Assembly: GCA_030141605.1 (NCBI GenBank)
Contig: JAQGDQ010002367.1
Coordinates: forward strand, 496,001 to 560,000
Reading direction: 5' to 3'
Source: Tubiluchus corallicola
Lineage: Eukaryota; Animalia; Priapulida
DNA: 64,000 bases
Shown here: positions 1-13,580 of the stretch, piece after piece
How the letters are laid out: each line of letters opens with the position of its first letter
Position numbering within the stretch: the stretch's first letter is position 1
Notes under the pieces: model-generated
The model's database searches: none
What the model was told of the DNA's origin: nothing
The model's input: the letters and a program-made list of their open reading frames with translations, nothing else
Translations under genes and position numbers: made by a program

Positions 1-115
1 ACTTTTATATTTTGTGCATGATAGTGATTTTGAGCAGACACTAGGTTGACTGTACGCCAAGTTTTAATTTCAATGTAAAAAAGATTTGTGTCAAGCCTTT
101 CACAATTAAGTGGAG

Positions 116-2660
116 CAGTGGCGGTTCGTGTATAGGTACAGTGGTATTGCAACACCTCCTATTTTTACTTGATATTATCGATAATATTTAATATAATAAG
201 TCATGCTTCTTTAGTTCGTTCTTTATACTTGTACGGAATCAGAGCAGGTGAAGCTAGTACTGTTTCCTTCACAGTGCAGCACAGTGCGCTCCAGCAAGGC
301 GGTATTTGGATGTTGTGCGCTTACGGCCATGTACACGTCTGAGCACATGCACATGTAGTTATTGAAAGTGCAAGCGAGTAAAATTTATTTTGTTTGTATA
401 GTGGATAGTAGGTTGTATGAGCTGTGTGTAGCTGCTTATTAATGCTTCAGGAATGGCAAAGCTATTAAGAGTTTATTTATAAAATGACACGTTTATTAAA
501 TATGAACAGAATATATGGCCATGCCAAAGGCCTATTAGATAAGTTATTCCACTATGGCATTAGAGGGGTCGCATACTCATGGTTTGTTAATTACCTCAAG
601 GACCGAACTCAAGCAGTCAGATGTAACAATGTTCTTTCTAACGAAGTAATAGTCACACACGGAGTACCCCAGGGATCGATTTTGGGACCTCTGTTGTTTT
701 CAATATACATTAATGACTTACAAAACTGTATTACTGACAATGGCAATGTCTTCCAATTTGCTGATGACACAAGTGTTTTTTCAAGATCAACAGCAAGTTA
801 CTTGACATTAACATTATTAATAGTGAACTCAGTAAAATTACAGCCTGGTTTAAAATCAATAAATTAGCACTAAACTCACCTAAAACTAAATACATTTTAT
901 TCAGAGCTCGTAACAAACCCATAAATATGAACAGTATTATAAAAATTGGTGGTAATGCTGTAGAACAAGTAAGCGAAATGAAGTTCCTAGGTGTTATGTT
1001 AAATGAACACCTAGATTGGAAACCACACTTAAACATGATTCATTCTAAAATTGCTAAAACATCGGGTTAATCAGTCGAGTTAAACATTGTTTTACAAAAT
1101 AACACCTAATCACTCTTTATAATTGTCTAGTACTGCCATACTTGACCTACTGTAATATACTTTGGGGGCACATCTACCTTTCAACTCTAGTTAAAATAAA
1201 CTCTCTACAACGTAAATTTATAAGATTGATAGCTAATTTGAACAAGCGTGAACATGTAGGTCTTAATCTTTTTAAGAATTATTCTATCCTAGTGCTAAAT
1301 GATCTAATAAACCTGAATACCGCTGTGTACATCTACAAAACTAAACATAAACTTCACCCCGCTTTCTTTTTAAACCCATTATCTATTAACGTAAGACATT
1401 ACTCAACAAGATTTAACGAATTTCGTATTAAGTATTGCAGGACTGACGCGGCAAGGCACTTCATCACTAACACTGGCCCTAGACTTTGGAATAACAGCAA
1501 CGAATACATAAAAAATTCTCTATCTATAAATAACTTCAAAAGAAATTTTAAAAGTGAAATCTTTTCTAATTATACAGAATAAATCAATTTGATTAATTAT
1601 GCTGCTGTCCCTCTCAGAATCCATTGTGTTGCTGGCTATGTCAATTTTTACATTTCTATAGTTTATGTTACCTCATACAGATACCAACACATCTTTCTGT
1701 TCTCTATTAACCTTTCTTTCTACTCCTTTACTGCTCTTTTCTCTTACACTCAGTCCACATTCATTCGGGGTACTCTAAACAAGTAATTACTTCTTGAGTA
1801 CCCCACGGGTCATTTGCGGCTTGGCATCTTGTGCACATAATAATAAATATAATATTAAATACTTTTATGTACAATGCTGTAATGATCATTGTGGATATAT
1901 GTAATAAATAAATAAATAAGGTTCTTACAGTTAAAAGTGTCTGTGGGCTAAAGATGTGGCTGGTTTTGAGTCTAAAGAAAAGGGAGTTCTGCTTCTGCGC
2001 AATTGAATTTAGGTCAGAGCTAATAGTGGATAGTACGTTGTATGAGCTGTGTGTAGCTGCCTACTGATGCTTGAGGAATGGCAAAGCTATTAAGAGTTTA
2101 TTTATAAAATGACACGTTTATTAAATATCAACACAATAAATATAATATATAGCAATGCCAAAGGCCCCTGATCTGACGGTCGATACGCTCCGGCTTCCAG
2201 GCTCGATCTGAGACTGAATTCCTGGGCTGACGGCTCCGCGCACTTTATATACGTACGCTCTGTGCCGCTGCTCGTTTCTTAGATCACGTAATCACGTGAC
2301 ACCACTCCTTAACTGGCTTCATCATACGAGCATCTATCAACATAATTATTTAACATAATCTACTGCTCTTAGCATAATTTAACAGGTTCTCTTTACTAAG
2401 CGCACACAGTTTGTTGTCAGTTGTCACAGGTTTACCGTGCACGGATCAATCTTGAACTGCGATATTTGTCTATTAGTAAGCAAAACATATTTTTTGTTTA
2501 GGTTTTTATGAATTTTATATATAAACTTTCGTATGTTTGTTTATTTAAAATTACAACATTAAAATTACATATATTTGTTTTATTTTACACAAAATTAAAA
2601 CAATAGCTAAAAATTTTCTGCAGCAGCACCACCACTAATTTTAGCTACGAGCCGCCAATG
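116..2660. mobile_element. Non-autonomous hAT-type DNA transposon carrying a nested LINE fragment
   Basis: Termini CAGTGGCGGTTCGT (116) and ACGAGCCGCCAATG (to 2660) are imperfect inverted repeats; perfect 8-bp TSD AAGTGGAG at 108-115 and 2661-2668; no transposase ORF seen. Confidence 0.85.
532..1920 (+). mobile_element. 5'-truncated CR1/L2-group LINE (RT C-terminal half, frameshifted)
   Basis: LLDKLFHYGIRG, GVPQGSILGPLLF, FADDT, KFLG and GPRLWN motifs across ORFs 484-867 and 1142-1582; ends in (AAAT)n tail near 1905-1919. Confidence 0.9.
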
Positions 2661-4612
2661 AAGTGGAGTAAATGTAGCCCTGTAATTATTTTGTTATTCA
2701 TTCTCTTAAACTCTATTTTGTTGTTTTTCGTGACTCACTGTATTGAATACTCTGCATGTGAACTGCAAACAAATGAAATAAAAAGAATTATAATGTTATT
2801 TAACCAATTAATTCAGATAATTAACACGTGCTAGTCTCCCTTTTGAATACAGTGGTCTCCCACATATCACATTCATAAGTCATTTATTTCACAAACACAT
2901 TAAAAATTTACAATTTTGTATACAAAAATATTGTGAAAGGGCCTACAATGAACATAATACAATTCATTTTTACTTCCCCCCCCATGTGAAAGTAAAAAAG
3001 TAATAAAATTATGAAAATTTTGAGGTGACTCATGTGATAAATAAAACATTTTGTGCTTCAGAGTGGAATGATAATTATAATGAATAAAGCTCACATATGG
3101 GATGACATAAAAGATAGAAAGACTATTACTAGTTAAAATATTAGTCATAAGATTAGGCATGCGCATAAACAAATTAAGATAACTGGTTTAAGATACAGTG
3201 AAAAAAATTACGCTTCCATAAGAAATCACTGCCCCTGCACTCAATAGGGAAACTTGCACTTGTTATTTATTCGACCCGATCTTACCAAGATTATGATATG
3301 CCATGGAAAGCCCTTTATTTAAACTGGATTGATAATACAAAGTATTACTACGAAGACACTCGATGAAAAACTTTATTGCCATGGTGTTTTTGATAAATGT
3401 TGTATTTGTAGAATTGCAGGTAAGCATATCTAGTCTCACCTCTTAGACGCGAGACCCTATGAACAGTTACGTCATATCATTACAGCATGATGTTGAACAT
3501 AATCATGATGAACACGATATACTGAACCTTACACACAAATAGTGGCTGTTTTTTCGTGTTTCGCTTCTTTTGCAAAAATAGCTGCTACAGCATAATGCGA
3601 TGATTTTTTCTTGAACCATTTCATTTCTGATAGTCTTGGCTCAGTTATTAAATATCAACTTTGTCTTTTAATTGCCCTCTATATAGTATCTATATTAGTA
3701 CTTTGTTAGTAAATGCACTGATCTGATAAGTTGTTCTGTCTCGGATCTTTACCAGTCAAGAATGCAACAAGACTGAAATGCTACTAAAACATGAACTTAA
3801 ATGCAATGAATGTTCATTTTGTGGATCAACTCAGAGAGGAATCACTACTTGCCGGTTTAACATCAGATTTACTGTAAATAAAGTGCCAAAGCATAGTGGT
3901 TATTAGAGATCAAGGTCTCTAGAGAGGTCAAGAAATTGTAAGGCCAGTTTTCCAAGGTTTAATGAGAAAAACCAATGGGTTCAAAACTGGTTTTGCTAAG
4001 ATAAAACCCTAGAATGTAACTAAAAGTGTGTGCTGTGGTCCACATATTAAATTACCAATGGACAAAACATAAACACGACAAATTTGTCCTTCAAATACAC
4101 GTTTATAAAACTACAGCTTCTTTTCATGTATTGCAATATGGCATTACAGAACTGCAGAGATCTGAGGAATAGATTGTGCATAAATCTTCAAACACTGATA
4201 GCAGTCTGGTGTATTGTGGTTTGATTCTCAGATTATATCACTCTCAAAACTAAATGTTACAGACTCATGCAATTATTGTTTGTTCTGTTCTATATATATT
4301 AACAACATATTCATTAATTGTACCACATTAAGAAATTGAAATTACAGCATTACAATGGATGATTAAACAGGGTAACATAGTAATTCATGCTAATCGTAGA
4401 CTAAGCATAGTATATTTGCCAGTAAAATGTTACAGAATTTCTGAAGCCTTTGCCACAATTACTTCATGTGCTAGAAAACTAGAATAATCTTTGCAGATAC
4501 AATGTATTGCTTGAGTAACTGGACAACCCTACGTTGCACTGCAAAAAGTTTAATAACAAAACTGCCAAATGATTCGCAGACTAGTAATACAAACTAACAT
4601 CAAAATTGTATT

Positions 4613-4745
4613 AAGGCCTTCTCTTCCTCGTCCATCCATGCGTTCATTGCCTGTCAGTTAAGAAAAAACAACTGTCTAAGGCGTTCTTTTCCTCGTGCAT
4701 CTATGTGTCCATTACTTGCCAATCCAGAAAAAAACATCTGTCTAA
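4613..4745. repeat. Two diverged ~65-bp tandem units downstream of the P450 stop
   Basis: taaggc..ttcctcgt.catc.atg.gt.catt..........agaaaaaa..ctgtctaa occurs twice in tandem. Confidence 0.6.
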
Positions 4746-4948
4746 AGACTCAGTACATGATTGAGGCATTGAGCAATAACTTACCTAACTAAAGAGGGAT
4801 CTATGTTTAATAAATTAACTGTAACAGCATATTCTAGTAATTTAGCAAAACAGTGAATTTTATGCTGCTGTGAAACTAAAATATCTTTATCTAGCTCAGC
4901 ACTATAAATTAGATAATAACACATATAATTTCCTAAAAAACATGAAGA

Positions 4949-7900
4949 TCAAATAAATCTGGGTGTAGCAGTCAACTTGTACATGGGTGGAGCAATCGGT
5001 TGTCTTTTAGCTGTAATTACTGCTTCTGTTGTCTCACAGTGTAGACGGAATTCTTGCAGTAAGCAGGTGATAAACAAAATCAACTCCATTTTAGCCAATG
5101 CCTCACCTGGACAAGCTCGTCTACCTACAAAAAATTAGTGCAATACTAGTACCTTGTGCAGAAATTATTATATAAAAAATTTGTATAATTTGTGAAAAAT
5201 GTGTTTAAAGAAATCAAATGAAAGAAACATAATCATATATAATCACGGTAGTTTTAGAAAAGTGTGTTTAGATTAGTTTAGAAAAGGTTTAGATTAGTAT
5301 AATCACAAAGTTGTTTTAGAAAAAAATAAAATGTCATGATGGATAAGTTTTTTGGGGCATGAGAACCTCTCTTACATTTCTCAGAATGTCGTGTAACGCA
5401 AGTATGATAACACTCACCATAGTGCTGACAGTCTTTGTTAAAATTTAACCACTCAAATAACCAACTACAAGGGAGGCTCTAGGTAGTTTTAGCACCTCTC
5501 TCCTCAACATTAAATTACTTTTTCTTGTATAATATTACAAGAAATGTAATTAGGCTTAAATACGTATTATAGTGTACTAATTAGTGTACTTAATTACCTA
5601 TCTACAGCTTATGTTGATTTCATTTGAAACTGAATTTATGGTCCATTTGTACGCCATGGATCCTCACAAGTGAACAAATTTCTGCAATTTCTGGTACTCT
5701 TGGCTAGATTTCCCCTCAAGTTTTCGCCAGAAAATTTTTGAATCTCTAACTCCTTTTTTTCACACGTATATCCATTCCAATAGCATCATCATCTTCACAA
5801 CCACAAGTGATTGCAAACACTTCCTTAGAGATTCTTTTTGCTGTTCAATATCACCACTTGCATGCATTTTACATTTCCTAGGCTACCTAGCTTGCCTAGT
5901 GGTAAAGCCAGCCCTGGCCAACTATTGCTTCATACTAACAAACTCAGCCCTGCAAACTTTTCATGGTCTTGTAAATGTTGCAATAGACTTTACCTATAGA
6001 AAATGGTAGAAAGTTTTTCATTTTTCGAAGTTTGTTATTCAAATCCAGAAAACGTTGAGGACAAAAAGTGTGTGGATCTTTCCAGAATTCGCTATCCATG
6101 TGCAATGCCCAGATGTTTGGAAAGATAATGCTACGTTTTGGGATGTAATATCCACATAGCTTTGTGTCTTCCAAATTAGAATGAACTATACCCAGAGGAA
6201 CTACAGCACCACATCGTTGCACCTCGTTGATTGTTGCTTCAGTAAATGACAAATGACTATGATCCTAAAATGCAATACAGTATGATACGTTACGTACAAA
6301 GCAAATTTACAAAGTATCCATTAATATTAGGTGGTACAGAAAAATGTGCCCAAGTTTAGAGTAGAATAAGATTATAAGCAAGTGATCTACAAAGCTTAAA
6401 TTTCACGGCATGATACTATAATATTTTAGTTTTCGGTTGTGAAAGTTACAAGTTTATATTTTTAGTAGCTTTTAAGTTGTGGCCAAAATACTTTTCGTGT
6501 TAAAAACTGAAATGCCAGAACAATGTCAGCTATAATCACCAACTAAAAACAGCCACGTGGATGTATTTAAAAAGCTCTATACATGGCAGCAAAACAATAA
6601 AGGAATCAATCAGTTCATATAATGGTCTTCACCACAAAATAAACTGCACTAGCTAATGCTTGTGTTGCGTCTGGATTACTAGGTATTACTAAATTGGGCC
6701 TTATGTATCTGTCATGGCTGCCGTGATTAATAACAGCACTACTATTGTTTCAACCATACGTGTTTTCACTGGTGACGGGTAAGTCAAACAAAAAGTCACA
6801 ATTTTGGCTAGGAAAAGTCACAGGAAAAGTTGCAGTTAAGTTATGGTGGTCGAAAAATTGTCACCATTTTCACTAGGAAAGAAAGTCAGGAATTAAACAA
6901 AAATATTCAAGTCAGTCATAATCGATTTAAGAAACATTTTTAGGGTTGGAGTTATTTTTTCCTGTGATTTTTTAACCTAGATTTGTTTTTACTAATGTAT
7001 TCTTATTTTATCTGAGATTATGTAATAAACAAAAGGAGAAGAAATGAAGTTGAGCAAAATGTAGACAATTATTTTCAGTTTCCGTTCCTAAAAAAGTGGC
7101 CTGTAGTTGCTGAATAGTCACTCGTGTCACATCATTTATCGCCTCTTTTTGAACATTATATATAATAGTGGTCAAATATTACTATATAAATAAATAATAA
7201 TGATAATGATAATGGTAATAATTGCCCATCAATTACCATCTTGTGCAAATACATACTTTGAACTGTGGAAGCCTAGCACAACCAGTTACATTGTCGATTT
7301 CAGCTTGTATTCGACTTTGTACACTCTGGTTTCCACTAATGTATAGAAGTGCCCATCTCAGTGTGAGGAAAGTGGTCATAGTACCTCCAACAAACAGGTT
7401 GAGCAAAAAAATCTTGAGCTCTTCAACTAAAACACAACAAACACTGGTTAATGCATAAAACAAAAATGAAATATAAAAGTTTTTGAAATTATGTACATAG
7501 CAAACCAATTATATAAAAACAATAACCAAATCACAACACTTCAGAGTAACTAACTCACAATCAACAAACATAATTAAAGAAAAGGATGATTTTTCATATC
7601 CTACTCCGGTTTCAAATATGGTAAAAAGTATACATTTTAACACCTATAATAATGCCACATATTAAGTGTATAAGTGTTACAAATACTTAAATACTAGGTT
7701 AAAAATTTAATTAATGGCCAGGGAGTAGTGACGACATCGCAACTGAAAATAATTTTCAACAGCACAAACAATCAGCGAGCATGTTGCACACGTGATTGCA
7801 AAAGCGAAAATTGAAATGCAGTGCTATTGTATAACAATGACTGTGAAGCAAAAACTCTTGCTAATTTATACTTACAAATTTAACTTTCAAAGAAACAAAG

Positions 7901-10900
7901 TTAATATTAGTGGCAATGATGCTCTTTATATTTCAAACCTATGAATGCTTAGCTACAATTTTGTCTTTCATGTTCTTACATTAGTACATACTATTTTAAC
8001 ATTTTATCTGCTATTTTTAGCAGATGAGGCCAGGTACGGTGAATACTACTGAATAAATATTATAATCTTTGAGACTACAAAGGGCATTATGTTTTTCTCT
8101 ATTAGTGGCGATGTTTCGAAAAAGTGTCATGTTTTTCAGAAGTTCATTCCTTACTTGTAAAAACTGATGCATCATCTGAATTGCGCCTAGCTTGGATTTC
8201 TTTTAAAAACTTATCAGTTATGTCTCTGATATGGTCAGGATCAAATGTTTGCTGTCGTTCAATTATTTGTTCTAGCAAAAAACTGTGCAATGATGAGATG
8301 CCATCTTTTATAGTCTTGTACTCAGTCTTAGCACCAGGTAAGAACAACCGCACCATTGGAGCAAAGTTGAGAGGACTGGCATTTCTTGCATACTCAAATG
8401 TCATGTCTAGTTTCCGTAGCAGAATCTGGAATGACGCATCGGTATAGTCAAATCGCTTGCTGAAGAGGACACTACAGACAATATTAGCAACACTAGTCAG
8501 CAGAAAAGAATGGGGATTAAACGGCTGATCTGCAGTACGAAATGCAGAAAGCAAGTAGGGCATCTCATCCATGATAATCTGCTCCATTTTCGGTTTCCCC
8601 ATTCCAAAGTCACGCAAAGAAACAAGAGCGAATTTTCTCAGCTGCTGCCATCTAGGCCCATCGGTAGTTATCACACCTACACAAGAAGATTAAATAAAAT
8701 ACATGTTAACTGGTGAAATATAAAATACAATGCTTGGCTAGATTATCATCAACGACAAAACATTTTGATATAGTTTCCATTATGTGTGACTCCTTACCAT
8801 AACTTAGCAAGACATAGTTTTCCAGAAGAAAGGGCAACTTTCTTTCCTTGACATGTAAAGCTGGATAGGCCCACTAATTTCTGTTAATAATACGAAAAAT
8901 TTACTTAACATTTGGGAGTTTTGGAAAATCTGCTTGAATTTTTTAATTTGGCAGTTGAAAGTAGCCTGAAACTGTTGATGTCACCTTCAGATGTAATTGG
9001 TTAAATGTTTCTTGTGTGCTGACTAAATATTTTGTATAGACAGCTATTGATAATTCAATTCATATGGTTTACCTTTTAGTTCTCCATCCTTATACCAACC
9101 AGTTTAACATCATATTTCAGATATACTAATCACCATGATAATTTTGTTACATTATATCATATCGTTGCTTACTTACTTTATTCACTTATCTCCTAGGTCA
9201 CATTAAAGTGCTTTACAGCCTTTACAGGGAATATTATTAGGACATTTTGTAATGCAAATTGAAATTATATGAGATTGAAGAACTTGAGCAATTACTATTC
9301 TCACCTCAGTTGCTCTACAAAGTGAACTTAACACATTACGAGTAATGCTTTAAGAGCAATTAAAGCAGTGGTACAAAGGTTCCAATAATAATAAAGCAAG
9401 AGGCCCAGTCGAGTTTTTTATCGTCTTGATGTTTATATTACGTATAAAAGAAAGAGAATTGTGCATTGTTCTGACCTGGATACTTTGAATATTCTGTATT
9501 GCATGAAATTTTGCAAATGTGGCAATCATTTGTGCGTAGCTAGTAGAATTTCTGCAAAACGGAACGTCTGAGTTGCAGTACCAAAAGTTTTCAACTTCCA
9601 ATTTTTTCCATGTAAGCAGTTCTTCTATAAATGATTCTTTCAAAATATTAGGCAAACATCAATGCAAATAGCATTTATACCAGGGCATATTACCTGAAGC
9701 CTTTGAAAACGTGTTTCACGGCTAGATTTAAACGTCGATAAAATGACATACACAGACTTTTATAATCATCTGCTAACTTGTTACAATTTTCACCAACAGA
9801 TGTCCCCGCTATCCAATGCGCTATAGTCAACGACACAGCGTCAAACACTCCTTCAGATGGATTATTTTAATACTTGACAATCAGGATACCATGCGTCATG
9901 GCAAAAATATTTAATTTTTTTAAAAATAATTACGTATTAGATGATTTCCAATCTAAGCAAAATTTTAAAAACTATTGAATACGAACTATTTTAATCTGAA
10001 TAAGAATGTGTTGAATCACCATTGATACAGTAAAAATGTTCACTAAACTATACTTTATAATATTTCGGAATATTTTAACAAGTTCCACTATACGAAACGT
10101 CCTTAGGATTGATGAGCACTTCAAAACACTGGTAATTTTAAAAACTTGTGCCAAATTTAACACTTGAAACTAGATCATAATTGTCAACAAATTATCGATA
10201 AACTGCACGTTTGTTGACTATTAAAGAAATATAAAAATCACTTTCATTGTAAGGCTTAGTAGTTTATCTAATAACCTATGTATAGTTTTGTAGACTGTTA
10301 AACTAGAACTCATAGAGAAAAACGACAAAACCTCTACATTTCATTAACTATGAAAATTACCCAGAATAAACATCTTAGGTTACAGGAACTAGTCTGACCA
10401 GATATAACTATTCCTTACACAGAATGAGATTATTTCATACTTCATGCACAAAGAAAGGTTTACAGAAAGAAGCAGTTGAATACTTATTTTTTTGGATCCG
10501 AACAAAGTGCTGGATCCGCAGATTATTGATCATGTTGTTGGTGTTGTTGCCATTACATTTATCTTTGAAACGTATCACAGGGTAATGAGGCCAGTGAGAC
10601 CACAGTTTTCATTGTGTATAAAGATACAATAGGAACAACCGCACAGACAGTGAAAAATTAAAACCGGTTCCTAGTAATTATTATTATTATTATTATTAGT
10701 CGTAGTCGTCGTCGTAGTAGTAGTAGTAGTAATGCACTATCTTTCTTGCAGGAAATCCACAGAAAAACCAATCTGGCAAATTGGAGCGATAATGAGACAT
10801 ATACCAGCGATAAGACCCAGATTCGAATCCCCGTCGGTCAATTTTTCCACTCCCCCAAATGTAGTCGACGATCGATAAAGACAGTAAACATTATCTAAGT

Positions 10901-12091
10901 GCCGGATCCAAACATATCAGTGCTTCAAATCTTGTTTAAGAAATTCGGGGGTAACCTTTATATACCGGGAACCTCTTTCTTGCAAGAAAAAAATTAATAA
11001 GCCGCCCATAAGTTCATTTCAGCAGCGTCAGAAAAGATGAAGGCAGCTTTACGCTGGATGCATAATCAACAAGCCGCCCAATAGACAAAGCAATTATAAT
11101 TAAACATTTTCCTGATTACTGATCAGCGATCCTCGAATTATTGAACTTATCTGAAAGACGAACTCTGTGATAAACTGAAGCGCAGAGCCTGGAGACCAAA
11201 GGTTTCAGTAATCCTAAGTTTTAACTGCAAGGAGAAACGTAGGTCACATTGAAAACAAGATTATTGATTTCGTGAAGCCAGCCAAACAGTCGTGAAACAA
11301 GTTATTTTGAATGTACGCAAAATTACAGCAAATATCAGTTATTGCATTAATTCTACCGTTAACTACAGGCAGATGCATGTTCTGTGAACACAACGCATAA
11401 TGTAGGAAATGAATCACATTAAAAAACTAGGTTTGCAGACAAGTCTGACTATTACAGTGTATAATCCGCAGCGATAATTGCACAACTCGTTAAATATTAT
11501 GACTTGCCAATTCTGCTCTGATTTATCATTTCACCAGTGAAATATCATCAAATGTGACATACAAATTTGTACATGTTAATAAACTGCACATTATGTTGTT
11601 CATTACAAAAAGGCATGTTAGCTACTGGTCTGAAGGCACGTAAAGTTATTGGCCTAGTCCAGTTTGCCTGCACCCAAACAAGACAATCACTTACTCTGTA
11701 CTGTATTTTTATCAGTTATTCTTTGCCTACCTCTGCCTTCATCAGATAACAGGTCTATGAACAGCTCAGGTCTACCAGCAAATACATCTCCCTGTCTGAC
11801 GAATGCTTCTCGTATGATATCAATTTCGTTTAAAACTACAACCAATTTCCGTCCAATCCTAAGGCTATAAATACTACCATGCTTCTGTGCCAACTCCGTA
11901 AACACCACATGAGGTGTCCTCCACATCAGGGACAGATTGTGCACCAGGGGCCACCCAAATGGTCCTGGGGGTAGCCCCCTGGGCTGTTCCAATGCATACT
12001 TGAACAACAAGAACACTACAAGAGCCAATATCACCGTCTCATAATTGTTAGCTAGAGTTACACAAGCAATGGATACTGCAACAAGTAACAT
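4949..12091 (-). CDS. Cytochrome P450, clan 2 (CYP2U1/CYP2R1-like), 499 aa, 5 exons
   Basis: Exons 12091-11731, 8676-8155, 7426-7257, 6264-5994, 5124-4949; all GT-AG, phases compatible, total 1500 nt. N-terminal anchor, PPGP hinge, WQQLR (WxxxR), EVQR (ExxR), PQRF, heme motif FSIGRRACPG. Confidence 0.93.
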
Positions 12092-13580
12092 AAACTAAAC
12101 AGTTTCTTTTCAGCTAATCCACACATGCACTTTATATTTCAATTTCCTTTTAGTAAATAGGCCTACAGTATCAGTCATTTGTGTTTCCACTGAAATCTTT
12201 ACAACGTTATTGATCACTCAGTTCTTAAAAATCGCACAGTAATTTCGCATAAACTACTATCAATGCTAAATTGTACAAATTATGGACAATACGCTTCGCA
12301 TAAATTCAGAAAAACTAGAATTAGTTATGTACACTACTTCAAACACGCCGGTCGACCACCATGTACCGGCACAATCTAACTCACAGCACGGAAACTGTAG
12401 TGCCCACAAACTGTAATGCTGCCTCATGTAAAGAGCGCTGTAAGGGTTAGCCAGCAGCCGCTATACTAGGGGACATACGTATAATATCGATCAACTAAGC
12501 GTGCAGTATGGCCGATGCACGGAAATAGATTTCATGAGAAATCGAGAATGTCAAATGTTAGACCGTGCTAGTTCGGAAATCGCTGCTACTGAACTATCAC
12601 GTGAAGCACTCGTGAAGCACTCCCCATCTAGGACAAAATATATTAGTCGATAAGCTGAATACATATAATAAGCCGGAAATGATAAAGTTATCATTGTTTG
12701 GTCTGTCTGCTTGCTTGTCCAGAGGAAGCTTCAAGCAACTTGATAGTCGGCATATATATATATATACCGACTACATTTTCGATACAAGCCAATAAGTGAA
12801 AGAATAAGTAAGACACCCCCCCCCCCCCGGTTGAACCCAGGATAAACACTCATTGCAAGCAAAGAAAAGCTTGCTTCTGCTAACGCTTAAACTGAAAAAA
12901 GTGTGGTTTTCCATAGAAATGCATCATGCACATTGGTGGTGATTCAACTCATCCACTTAATCCTGTTTGCATCATGTAAATCTGTGTTGTCTATGTAGTT
13001 ATCATCGTCAAATCTGAAAACACACTGCTACCTATTGTATGCTAAATTTTAAAGAGCTTTTTTGTTTTGGTTAATTAAATAAAGTGTGTAAATGTACGAA
13101 TTTTTTGTAAAAATCGCCCGAAAAAAGGCTAATGGGGTGATGGTTAAACAGTGAAGGGCCTGCAGTAGAATACATGTTAGTCTTGAATAGGATGTGGTTA
13201 TATTTTCATAGAAATTATTTTCTGGTAGAGAATATGTTATGAATAAATTTCGGAATCATGAATTAAGTGATTAATTAATGAGGTCATCAACTACATTAGA
13301 TTATGTTGATAAAGCAGATACCTCCTAATTGGATTAGATAAATTTATTGAAAGATTATGGGAACTCACTTAGCTGTTTGAGGCACTATGTTTAATGAGAA
13401 GCAAAATTATCGTCACAGAGTTGTTTGTGTTTACAAGGAATAGAACAGGTGTTCATTTAGAAAGTAAGAGTTTGTCACGGGTGTTCATTTAAGAAAGCGT
13501 AGGAGTTGCAGGTGTTTAGTTTAGGTGAAGCGAAGCTTATTTTTATAACTTTGCGTGGTTAGATAATAAGCCTCATGTAA

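Noticed and set aside
6325-7110. Possible Tc1-like MITE with a nested GGAAAAGTCACA repeat in P450 intron 3
   Set aside because: Looks repetitive, but I could not fix matching termini or a TSD.
10800-10846. tRNA-like B box GATTCGAATCC followed by a T-run
   Set aside because: No A box or cloverleaf upstream; at most a SINE scrap.
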